Assembly: GCA_945221685.1 (NCBI GenBank) | Contig: CALYNN010000001.1 | Span: forward strand, 1 to 44,555 | Origin: an uncultured Clostridia bacterium | Lineage (GTDB): Bacteria > Bacillota > Clostridia > Oscillospirales > Acutalibacteraceae | DNA: 44,555 nucleotides | Direction of reading: 5' to 3' | Shown here: one piece after another, positions 17,722-28,300 of the stretch | How the letters are laid out: every line of letters starts with the position of its first letter | Numbering within the stretch: position 1 is the first letter of the stretch | Position numbers and translations under genes: made by a program | The notes under the pieces: model-generated | What the model was told of the DNA's origin: nothing | The model's database searches: none | Seen by the model: only the letters and a program-made list of their open reading frames with translations

Positions 17722-20700
17722 TTATGCATTTGTGTATGTGTATGTCATAGGATCAGCGTAAGTTACTTGAGTATCACCGTTGCCGTCAACATAAGCTACG
17801 AAAGCACAAGCGGTAACAGTACCGGTCTGAGCTCTTAAGCCGTAGGTTAAGCTAAACTGGTTAGCATTTGTCTTGCAATATACAGCCTTTACGGTTGTAC
17901 CTGTTACATCGTCAAGTGTAACCTCGCCAAGGTCGCCCTTACCGTATACGAAACCGAAGTCTACGCACTTGAAGCCTTCCATTGAACGAGTTGCAAGGAA
18001 TCTTGCCTGGATAGCACCTGTAGTGCCATACTCTTCAACCTTAACATTTGCAACTGCTGGAGCTGTAGCTACTGCAGCCTCGAATACAGGAGTAACAGTA
18101 ATATCAGCACCAACATAGAATGAGTAGGACTCACCATAAGCAGCAACAACGTCGCCAACCTTCCAAGCCTTAGCACCGGAAGCGGTTACAGTTACTCTTG
18201 TATCGTAGTCGATACCGGTTGCAACATCAGCAACATCAGCACCGTTAACGGTGATTGTGCAGTCTGTTGCAGTTACTGTGTAAGTCTTAGCAGCATCCTT
18301 TTCGTATGTTGCAGTTACAGTTGTAGCAGTTTCAAGAAGAGCGATTTGTTCATTTGTAAGTGACCAACCGGTGAATGTGTAGCCGGCACGGGCAGGACCT
18401 GCGGGAGCTTCGATATCAGCACCGGAAGAAACTGTCTGTGTGTCTACAACGTTGCCGTAAGCGTCAACGAATGTTACTGTAAATGAAGTATCGTTAAGAG
18501 CAAATACAGGAGTATATACTACATTAGCAAGAACTGCAGGTGAGAATGTAGCCTCGGTAGAAACAAGAGTTTCGCCGTTAGCCATCCAGCCTACGAATTC
18601 AGCACCGTCAACAGGTGTAGCTTTAAGTGTTACCTTACCGCCTTCCTTAGCGATTCTTACTGTTTTGCCGGATGTAGAATCTACGTCGTTGATTGTTGTA
18701 TGACCCTTGTCTGTAGCTTCAACTGTTACAGTGTAGCTTGGGATAATCGGAAGAACCTGAACATCCTTACTGAGTTCAGCACCGCATTCTTTACATTTTA
18801 CTGTTGTTGTGATAGAACCTGCTGCGTCAACTGTTGCAGGAATAGTAACAACTTCAGGAGCGCCTGGTTTATGACCCGGTGCTTCAAGTTCCTCATTTAC
18901 ACTGGACATCACTTTGTCGCATACTTTACATTTAACTGTTGTGTTCTTTTCACCGTTTTCTGTACATGTAGGCTTCTGGATAATAGTCTCAACAGGATCG
19001 CCTGCTGTATGACCGGTAGCAGGAATTGCTTCTGTATAAGTAGAGCCTGTTTCACCGCAGTTTCTTGTACAGGTGTAAGTTCTTACGCCGTCTTCTTCAC
19101 ACTTAGCTGCTGTTGTTACAACACCGTCTTTTTCGTCAACAATGCCGTCACCGTTAGTGTCAAAGTTATGACCTTTTGCAGCAAGAACTGTCTCAGCAGA
19201 TGTGATTTCGTTAGCGCCTGCAGCGTCTGAGAAGATCTTGTGGCATACTGAGCAGGTGTAGTACTCGAAGTTACCGGCAGTTGTGCAGGTAGGAGCTACT
19301 GCATCTGTCTTATCAAGAGAATGAGGAGCCTTCTCGATTACAGTACCTGTTGCGATAGTCTTCTGACAATCGTTACAGAATGTGTCACCGGTGTAGCCTT
19401 CCTTTGTGCAGGTAGCTTCTTCAGCGTTGATTATTGTTGTGTTAGCGTGAGCACAAGTCTGAACAGGAATTGTTACATCATAATAGTAACCGCAATCATT
19501 ACATGTGTATCTGCCTGTACCCTCTTTATCATAGGTAGCAGATGTAACAACTTCGTATCTGAAGTCGGAGCAAGCCTCTGTTACAACATCATTGCAAACA
19601 GAGCAGGTCTTGCTGTGGTTGCCATGGCCGTCAGAAACCCAATCGCCATAGGTGTGTGCGCCTGTTGCAGCGAGTACTGTTTCTTCGCGAGTAATCTCGA
19701 TTGTGCCGGCAGCGTCAGAGAAGATCTTGCCGCATGCTGAGCAGGTGTAGTACTCGATGTTACCGTCTTTTCCGCAGGTAGCTTCTACAGCATCAGTCTT
19801 TGTAAGGCTGTGGCCTTTTGCAGGTGTGTAATCAGCAACATATGATGGATTGTCGCAAAGTCCGTCTGCAGCATTTTCACAGGTATAGGTAGTATAGCCC
19901 CGCTCTGTGCAGGTAGGAGCTGTAACTACTGCTGAATAGTTGTGAGTATGAGTCGGAGTAGGTGTTGACTTATTCTCGTTTGTGCCGAAATAAGTAATTT
20001 TAGCAGAACCGGGGTTCTCTGAACCGTCAGCACTGTTTACAGTGTTGATAGCATAGGTTGTGTAATCTTCCTGACCTCCACCGTCGTTAAGTCGGCAAAT
20101 GTACTTAGCGCTGTTGAAGCCGGGAATTCTGGTGTTGTCCTTATCATAAACATCAAAGTTGATAGGACCGTCGCCTGTTACCTTGAACATAAATGTTTCA
20201 AGGATAGCAGTGTTCTCGAAGTTATAGCCTTCTGCACCTGTTGTAGGATCAAAGAAAGGTGCGTCTGGATCTGACGAAACGAGAGAAACATTTGTACCTT
20301 CTTTACCTTCAGAAGAAGCAGCAACAGTCATAAAGTAGTTACCGTATGTCAGCTTTGTGTCATCAGGGTCAATACGGCTGTCGTGCCACTCGGTAAGGTC
20401 ACCGGCAATCTCGTTGATTGTTGCGTAGAAAGAGTCTGAACACTGACCGCCAACAACTGCGCCGGCTGCCTGTGCAGTAGCTTTCTCTGTGCCGTCAACC
20501 TCGGTGATACTTCTAAAAGCGTAGTATCTCTTGTTGACTGCGCCGTAGCCGTAAACACCGGCAGGCTCAATATTGTCTGAATAGGTAAGAGCAATATTAC
20601 AGGTAGCAAGTCTTGAAACATTTTCAAGAAGAACTGTTACCATAAAGTAGTCGCCTGCGCCGTAAACATGGTCTTCTGTAGCCGGATCATATCCATAGAA

Positions 20701-21012
20701 TTCAGCAAAGCCATTTGTTTTAGCGGCTGTGAGCTTAAGCTCACCTGTCTTTACATTGTAATCAAGCGGAACACCGTAAAGACCTGCCATACCAAGTGAA
20801 TCCTGTGCGTCGGAATTCTTTGCGGTGTTGTTATTGTATGCGCCTTCACCTGCATAAAGACCGGTGTACACAATATTTGATGCAGTACCGAATCTTAATG
20901 AAATGTTTGGTGAATAGTCGCCGGGGGCAGCCAAGGCTGTGAAAGGAACTGAAGTAAGAACCATAAGCACAGTAAGAATGACTGCAATTGCTTTTTTAAA
21001 TGATTTCTTCAC
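17722..21012 (-). CDS. Secreted 1096-aa surface protein: cohesin-like N-domain, ~9 His/Cys repeats, InlB-B-repeat-like and Ig-like C-terminal modules
   Basis: GTG start with AAGGGGA RBS and signal peptide ending FTALA. GDYFMVTVLLENV...LTYSDNIEP...ETFMFKV resembles cohesin strands. H..TC..G..TCxxC repeats. VTLKATPVDGAEFVGW and PARAGYTFTGWS modules. Confidence 0.85.
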   Translation of the reverse strand: MKKSFKKAIAVILTVLMVLTSVPFTALAAPGDYSPNISLRFGTASNIVYTGLYAGEGAYNNNTAKNSDAQDSLGMAGLYGVPLDYNVKTGELKLTAAKTNGFAEFYGYDPATEDHVYGAGDYFMVTVLLENVSRLATCNIALTYSDNIEPAGVYGYGAVNKRYYAFRSITEVDGTEKATAQAAGAVVGGQCSDSFYATINEIAGDLTEWHDSRIDPDDTKLTYGNYFMTVAASSEGKEGTNVSLVSSDPDAPFFDPTTGAEGYNFENTAILETFMFKVTGDGPINFDVYDKDNTRIPGFNSAKYICRLNDGGGQEDYTTYAINTVNSADGSENPGSAKITYFGTNENKSTPTPTHTHNYSAVVTAPTCTERGYTTYTCENAADGLCDNPSYVADYTPAKGHSLTKTDAVEATCGKDGNIEYYTCSACGKIFSDAAGTIEITREETVLAATGAHTYGDWVSDGHGNHSKTCSVCNDVVTEACSDFRYEVVTSATYDKEGTGRYTCNDCGYYYDVTIPVQTCAHANTTIINAEEATCTKEGYTGDTFCNDCQKTIATGTVIEKAPHSLDKTDAVAPTCTTAGNFEYYTCSVCHKIFSDAAGANEITSAETVLAAKGHNFDTNGDGIVDEKDGVVTTAAKCEEDGVRTYTCTRNCGETGSTYTEAIPATGHTAGDPVETIIQKPTCTENGEKNTTVKCKVCDKVMSSVNEELEAPGHKPGAPEVVTIPATVDAAGSITTTVKCKECGAELSKDVQVLPIIPSYTVTVEATDKGHTTINDVDSTSGKTVRIAKEGGKVTLKATPVDGAEFVGWMANGETLVSTEATFSPAVLANVVYTPVFALNDTSFTVTFVDAYGNVVDTQTVSSGADIEAPAGPARAGYTFTGWSLTNEQIALLETATTVTATYEKDAAKTYTVTATDCTITVNGADVADVATGIDYDTRVTVTASGAKAWKVGDVVAAYGESYSFYVGADITVTPVFEAAVATAPAVANVKVEEYGTTGAIQARFLATRSMEGFKCVDFGFVYGKGDLGEVTLDDVTGTTVKAVYCKTNANQFSLTYGLRAQTGTVTACAFVAYVDGNGDTQVTYADPMTYTYTNA
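18780..19950 (-). repeat. About nine protein-level H-x(n)-[AP]TC-x3-G-x(n)-CxxC repeats
   Basis: For example GHSLTKTDAVEATCGKDGNIEYYTCSACGKIFSDAAG and PHSLDKTDAVAPTCTTAGNFEYYTCSVCHKIFSDAAG. Confidence 0.9.
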
Positions 21013-21029
21013 TTAAAAATCCCCTTTAG

Positions 21030-22106
21030 TTATAAAGTTACATCCGGATAGCTTGTAGCCTTACCATAAATCGCAAGGAAATAAGTAAGGTCTGTTGAAT
21101 CAACAAGCGCATCCCCGTTAAGATCGGCGTAAATATAATAGTTTCCACCATAATAACCAAGGAAATATGTTAAATCGGTAGAATCGACTAACTTATCTGT
21201 GCTGTAATCACAGATAATTACACCGACAGGATCGACTGTTTTCTCTCCTGTAACGGATAATGTAACCTCTCTATCTACGGTTGTTGGACCGGAAATAGTC
21301 ATTGTATAATCTCCTGCAGGAACGCAGGAAAGAGTATAGCTACCGTTTTCGTCTGTAACAGCGCTGGCAACGGTTGTGCCGTTATTGCTTACAGTTACCG
21401 TAATACCGGTTATTCCAACAGAGGAAGCGGTGCCGGTAGAATCTGTAGCAATCATAACCGTACCGGAAATATCAAAGCCGGCAGGTGTAAACACAGGAGA
21501 AATATCATAGGTCATAGGATAGAGTGTGCCCAAATATCCCTCAAATTCTGTGTCAATTGCGTACGCGTTTTCGTAGCCTTCATTATAATTTGTTTGCACA
21601 AATGTTAAATTAGGATTTGTGGAAACGGTAATAAAGGATTCAGCATCCCCTGCCTGGGCAAAGGTCATGCTGACACAGGCAATTAAGGTGCCTGAAGAAT
21701 CTATAGCAGTTGTATCGGCGTTATCGGAAACAAAGCCGAAAACAACATTGCCGCTGTTAAGGACATAGCCCATAGAGGTAACGCCGCTTACAGAGTCGCT
21801 CATCAGCGCAGTCGGCGCCGAAGCACAAGTAACTGAATCTGCAAGAGTAGCGGTAACCTGGAGGGTAGAGATACTTTCTACGCCCTTAATCCAAATTTTC
21901 ACATCATATTCGGAGTCACTGAGCAAATCATTACCATCAACCTCTTGGCCATCCTTTTCATAGGTGAAATAGATGTGAGGTTGCTCAGCTCCAAGCTGAG
22001 CAGCGTAAGAAGTGGAAGGAAGACATAAGATTATTAAAGCAGCGGCAAAAAATGCCGATAAGCTAAGAGCTGCAGCTAATAGCTTCTGCTTAAGCGATAG
22101 AGTCAT
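21030..22106 (-). CDS. Secreted 358-aa protein: cohesin-like domain + prealbumin-like (CnaB/CarboxypepD_reg-like) domain + dockerin
   Basis: RBS AGGAGGAG and signal peptide. YDVKIWIKGVESISTLQV...VVFGFVS...GTLIACVSMTF (cohesin-like). TDENGSYTLSCVPAGDYTMTISG. Duplicated DYSTDKLVDSTDL / DLNGDALVDSTDL. Confidence 0.85.
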   Translation of the reverse strand: MTLSLKQKLLAAALSLSAFFAAALIILCLPSTSYAAQLGAEQPHIYFTYEKDGQEVDGNDLLSDSEYDVKIWIKGVESISTLQVTATLADSVTCASAPTALMSDSVSGVTSMGYVLNSGNVVFGFVSDNADTTAIDSSGTLIACVSMTFAQAGDAESFITVSTNPNLTFVQTNYNEGYENAYAIDTEFEGYLGTLYPMTYDISPVFTPAGFDISGTVMIATDSTGTASSVGITGITVTVSNNGTTVASAVTDENGSYTLSCVPAGDYTMTISGPTTVDREVTLSVTGEKTVDPVGVIICDYSTDKLVDSTDLTYFLGYYGGNYYIYADLNGDALVDSTDLTYFLAIYGKATSYPDVTL

Positions 22107-22320
22107 AAGCGTCTCCTCCTATAATTTATTTTTCCTCTTAGATAATAAAATATCTTATTGATAATCGGGATTTAGGGGCATAGCTATCGCCTCTAAATAA
22201 AAGCCGTTTGCAAGCCTAATATAATTTTTCGCTCTTCAGCCGACAATAACAGCTTCACCGATATATCCCAGTTGATTAGTAATATTAACGGTTGGAATAG
22301 AACCAACACTCCGAGTAAGC

Positions 22321-22345
22321 TCCGGCAGAGCCAAGCCCTGCCGGA
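22321..22345 (-). promoter_or_regulatory. Strong intergenic stem-loop without U-tract (putative mRNA stabilising/processing element)
   Basis: TCCGGCAGGGC-ttg-GCTCTGCCGGA on the minus strand, 40 nt after the giant gene's stop. A second hairpin lies at 22170-22198. Confidence 0.55.
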
Positions 22346-22385
22346 ACCGTTTAGTTTTTACGCTATGGATATTACAGCTTAGTAA

Positions 22386-25300
22386 TTAAGCTATGTTAAG
22401 CGCAGTGTAATTAATGTCGTTACCATAGATAGCGAGGAAGAATGTAAGGTCTGTTGAGTCAACGAGTGTATCACAGTTCAAGTCAGCATAAACATTATAT
22501 TCTCCACTATAGTAACCAAGGAAGAATGTAAGGTCTGTTGAGTCAACAAGACCGTCACCACTGTAATCGCAAACAACAAGCGGAATTGTAGCATCTGTTA
22601 CATCTGCATCACCTGCGAGAGTAACAGTTCTTGCTATCGCGGTTGTTCCGGTAACTGTAAGCTCTGTTGTGCCTGCAGGAACGGTTGCGGTAAATGTACC
22701 GTCGGAAGCAGAGGTTGCAACAACCTTGCCGTTTGCAACGATGCTAATACCGCCAACACCCTTGGTGTGGCTATCGCCTGTTACATCAGTAGCAACAACA
22801 ACTGTACCGCTAACTGTAATGCCTGTAGGAGCTTGCTTTGTAACTGACGGCTCAATTGTTACATCTCCATCAAGATTGATGTTGTACGGGAACTCGGTAA
22901 CGAATTTCTTTTCACCGTTTACGAACAGGTAGTTGAAGGTGTAGCCGTCTGCTACTGTAACACCAATAGAAACGGTGTCGCCCTTTTCGTAAGCAACAGG
23001 AGTTGTGTAGGCAACGCCGTCAACTGTTACGGTTGTGCCCTCAACAGGAGTTACTGTTACTGTTACTGCCTCGGAAGGAGTAAGAGCAATCTCTGCCGCC
23101 TGAAGAGCTGTATCAACAGAGTAGCAGGTTGAGTTCTGTGCTGTGTAAGAATCAGCAAGCTCCTTAGCGCCTGTTGTTGAATTTTCTACAAGCTCAACAT
23201 AATTAGCAGTCTTGTGTGCATAGGAAGCGCTGTTACCTGTTGTTGCAACATCAATTGCATTTGCAAGAGCAGTTACATAAGCATCCCATGATTTTTGTGA
23301 GTAAACGGTTGCGCCCTCGTTTACAAGGTTGCCGCTTGCATCCCAAGCACCGTATGCAGGAGCAACTGCCGAAGCAGTCTTGCTTACTGATGCAGGTGTT
23401 GCAACTGAGCCATCCTCATTATAGGTAGCAACAGTAGCTGTCATAGCGCTGTAAGGATTGCCTGAAGCGCATACAATCTCTGCCTCGAGCTGATCGCCGA
23501 GGTAACCTCTTTCAACAACCTTCGACAGCATAAATTCGTAAAGTCTTAAGTACTCACGAACCTGAACTGCAGAAAGTGAAGACTTGGTATGCATTGTGTA
23601 CTCAACGCCCTTAGCTGCAAGGTCTTTCATGAGCGAATATGCATCTGCAGGCCACATTTCTGTTTCCTTAGCCTCTTGGGTTTTTGGGTCTGTGTAGTTA
23701 ACGATTACGGAGAACTGTCTCTCTGCAGCCTGAGCAGCCTTAGTCATCTTATTGAAGGTAAGAACCTCAAAGTTGTTGTTGTTAAGGCCTGTTCTGGCTT
23801 CTGTAATCTTTGTGAAGAGTGATTCAGCAGCAGATGTGTCGATAAACTTGCTAACAACCTCATCAATAGTATAGGTGAGGAGGTCAACAGCCTGGGTATA
23901 AATACCACGGTTATCTTTGCTGCCAACTGTACCTTCGTTTTCAATAATCTTGTATTCGCTTTCAGGGAACTTACAAGCCCATGCATCCTCAGATGTGCAC
24001 TTGTCACCCTTTGCATCGAGATATACGAACTGAACCTGGTTGTAAAGACGATTACCCTTTGAATCAGTTGCCTGAACTTCGGTATTCTTCAACCACGGCT
24101 GGAGATATGTTTCGGTATCCCACACTGTTTCGTAAGCAACGGTGTTCTTAAGATGAACTGACTGATTGCCGTTTTCATCTGTTACAACAACGCACTGCTC
24201 ACCGCAGAAGCCCTTGCCGTTTTCATCAAGGTCAGCGGGAGTAAGCTCAACCGGTGAGTAGATAGGCATTGTGTATGCCTCATCGAAGTAGTAAGCAGCG
24301 TCCTCTTCATTGAGGAAGGCTTCTGCAAGTACCTTTGCAGGCATTGAAGCCTCGTCACCGTCCATGAACGGCATATAGCAAAGATCGCCGTATTCGCTTG
24401 TTGAAGTAGATGTTTTAGGAGCAAGATATCTGTTATCTGAAAGCTTAGCTGCGTTATCTACTGTAACAACTGCTGCCTCAGCTGCAAGAGCCGTAACGAG
24501 AGCATTCTTTGCCTGAGTCTGCTTAGCACTTGAGTCGGTAGCCTGGTCATAATCTGTAAAGTCAGAAGCCTCGTAGTTAGCAAGAAGCTTGGAAAGCTCT
24601 CTGTACTTTGTATCAACATTACCCTTTGATGTTGTATCTGCAACAAGGATTGTGCAGGGCTTGCCGGGGTTACCAACATCACCGATAAAACCGGTCTTTG
24701 ATGATGAGTAGCAAGCTACATTTACAGGATAGCTGCCTGCCTGAATTTTAGTCTCGTTATCGTAAGCAAAAAGCTGAACATACTGTTTTTTATCGCGGCT
24801 TACAATAGTAGACTTACCTGAAGGGATATAAAGACCGTCAACAGGACCTTTCATAGAGATAAGGCCAAGGAGGGTATCATATCTGTACGTATAGTACTTT
24901 TCTTTGAGTGCTATAAGACCAAACTTATCGTACTGAAGCTCTTCAAGGTAAGAACCGTTTGTCTGTAAGTAAATGTAATCATACAGATTTGTCTTTGTGT
25001 TAAGGTGGTAAGCAGCAATAATGCCTGCGTTCTTAGCCTCTTCAAGAGTAAATACATGACAAGGTCTCTGTCTGAAGTTTTTCTTCTGAGCATCGGTAAG
25101 TCCGTCAAGAACAGAAGCAATTTCTTCGCTTGTGAAGCCGACATTACGCTTTGCCGTTGATGAAGCATAGTCGGTTACAACTATTGACTGATAATTGGTT
25201 ACCCAATTATCACCGCCGTCAAGTGAGTAATCAAATGTACCGTACTTAATAAGGTCACCTGTTTCCTTATCGAATACAGGAATAGCGTTGGCATCTGTTA

Positions 25301-28300
25301 CGTTTACATAACCGGATGTGTCGTCGTTATATACTTCCTTTTTATCGTAGGTGTAGATACCGTCCATACCTTTGTCTGAGCTGTCGTTGTTATAGAAACG
25401 AACATAGTAGCCGTTGATAGCTGCCAGGTTAGTTGACTCAAGAACGAAATACTCAGGATAAAGTACATTAGTCTTATTACCGCCAAGGAAGGTGTCGCTG
25501 GTGAATGCGTTATAACCGTTTAAGGTTGTAGTCGAGTTAGCTGAGTCTGTTTCAAGACCTTGTGCAAGCATGTTGGCTCTGCCGGAAATACCCTGCGGAT
25601 ATACTGTATCTGCCCAAGATACATTCTTTGTAATGTACTTATAGCAGGTAGATGTAAGGTCTGAATAAAGAACAGTTCCGTCTGCAAGACAAATATCATA
25701 GGTAAAGATTACCTCGAAGGAGGTATCGGTACCTTGGTATGTTGTTGAAGCAGAAACTGTAAGGCTCTCCCAAGGAGCAACAAGTTTTGATGAAGGAGCT
25801 GTTACTGAGCAATTGCAACCGTCTTCATTATTGATAACTGCGCTCTTAACCTTGAGATAGTAGCGAGACTGCTGAACAATGTTGCCGTTGTCCATACCGT
25901 CGATATAAGCATTGTTAATACCTGTAGAGTTATTAGTAATAGTAACATCTGAGGTATATGTGGAGCCTGAAGTTGCACCTGTTACTGTCGGAATAGCAAA
26001 TTGAGATGTAGCAAGCTCAAGTGCATGGTCACCGATATTCTTGATAGCTTCGGGAATGAAGCTCTGAACAGCCTGAAGTGCGAAGCAGATACCGCGGAGA
26101 ATTGAATCCGGATATGTTTTTACACCGCTTGTGCCGTAGCCTGAGAATTCTACAAAGTTATCTACAAGCTTTTGAAGAGCACCGGCTTTGCCGTTGGAAG
26201 CACCGACAATCTGAGCCTTATGGAACAAGTCATCAAACGGATGGAGTGATGAATATGTTACTTTGCCGTCTGCTTCGGAACGAGTAACTCTTGTTGCAAT
26301 TGTTGTATAGCCCTGACCGGTGTAACGAGCACCGAACAAGCCGTTAATTAAATCTGCAAGGAAGTTGTAGATTGTAACAACAATTGAATCATTTTGAATC
26401 GGCTGTGAAGCAATAATTGAAAGCAGCTTGTAAAGGAAGTTTGAAACGCCGTACATACCGCTTGAATGGATTGAATTATCGCCGATTTCAAGTACGCCGA
26501 GAACGATATCGTTCCAGATAAGGTCTTCTGAGTTGAATGCCTTATTCGGTGTACCTGTAGAATCGAAGCCGTACTGAAGACCGCCGAGCATAGGCATAAG
26601 CTTGTTAGCAATAGTATCAATATTCTGCCAGATAGTCTTATCTGTAGTAATAGTGCTATTACCGTTTGAAGCGTCGCAGGCACCGAGAAGAGCGCCAACG
26701 CCCATTGATCTGTTGCCGTCCTTAACTGCATAGTCGCCGCCGTAGTAGCAAACTACTGAATTAAGAAGGTCAAGAAGTGTTGATTCATCGTTAACTGCTC
26801 TGTCGTAAACATCCCAAGGCTGACCGTCTGCACCGTTAACAGGTACATAGCCCTGCATTACATAAGATACGGCGTCACGAGCCATAGGAAGAAGTGTTCC
26901 TTCGAGAGTAGCAACAATCTTTGTAACATTGCCTTCTGCATCCTTATTAAAGGTTGCAAGAACATTATAATCCTTATCAGGAAGGATGTATGAGAGATAT
27001 TCTCTTAAGCATACAAAAGCAACTGCCTCTGCATCCTTACAAGCATCCCAATCTTCATGATGGATAACTCTCTCAAGGCTGCCTTTGCCAAGGTCAATCT
27101 GGCCGATGCAGGCAATAAGCATAGGTATCATAGCTGCCTCAAGTGTTTGCTCGGAAAGATTTGCTCCCTCGCCTTTCTCGATGTAGAATGCCTTGAGGAT
27201 ATTTGCGTCTGTTGCATCGGCAACATACTGAATAACCTTAAGAGCGTTTGCTACGAGAGTAGAGGTGATAGTTCTGATTTGAGCATCGCCAATAGTAGCC
27301 ATATTACCGGTTGTTGCCAACTTAGGCATTGTGCCGTTGATATTTGCTCTTGTTGGGAACAAATCATTAACTACTGCTACAAGGCAATCGTTAAAAGCGG
27401 CTGCCATTGATGAGTAGTTAGCATAACTATTTTCGAAGAATTCATCGATTTTCGGAGTACCGAGCTGCAGGAAATACAGGTTGATAGGACCTGTCTGCAT
27501 ATTAAAGTAGTAATCGGCAAGCGGGCTGTATCTGAGCTTATTGAAGAGAGTTGTTTCATCAATATCAGACCATTTACCCTTTGAATCAGCAGCTGCTGTG
27601 CGGTCAAATTCATAGTTATGCTGTACCCAGCTCTTGAACTCGTTAGCGTCTGCAGCGCCGTAATCAGCGTAAACTGCCTCGAACCAAGCCTCTACCTTTT
27701 CAGCTGAATAGTCAACTGTAGGATTGCCGGTCCAAGAATTCTTGCTCTGTCTGCTTAACCAATAATAATATTCGTTATCGAAATTGGAGCCGTGTCCGCG
27801 TTCAACATTGTTGTTAACATGAACAAGCTTAATGGTATCCTTGAGAACTGTATCCCAAGCCATCTGAAGAGCTCTAAATCCGAAATCGAACAGGCTGTCT
27901 CCTACGGAAAGAGTAATCATTTTTGTGCTTTCTGTAGCAAGACCGTTTTCATCCGGGCTGCCGTAAGCGAAAAGTAAAACATTCTGATAGTTTCCGTCGT
28001 TATCAACGAATTCATCTGAATAAACAAGATTCGGGTCATAGCCGAGAGCACCGGCAGCAGTTTTGTAGTTAACTTTTTTATCTGTCATGTACTGCTTAAT
28101 CTCTGCATAACGAGTTGCAGAGTTATCCAGAACATCAGTCTTTGTTGCCTTATCGGTATAGCTTTGATCATATGTTACGAGAACGCTGATCTTGTCAAGA
28201 AGCTCTGTTGTCAGCTTTTCAATAAGCTCATCGTCATAAACCCATGTAGCTGAGCCGTTGTTGAAAGCAGTAATTTCATCCTCTGTGTACCACTTGGTGT

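Noticed and set aside
19240-19254. CxxCH (CSVCH) haem c motif in the 1096-aa protein
   Set aside because: It occurs once; the paralogous repeat has CSACG at the same position, and no cytochrome c maturation genes are in the window.
22435-22547. 29-bp direct repeats as a mini CRISPR array
   Set aside because: There are only two copies, in frame inside a CDS and explained by dockerin duplication; no cas genes are present.
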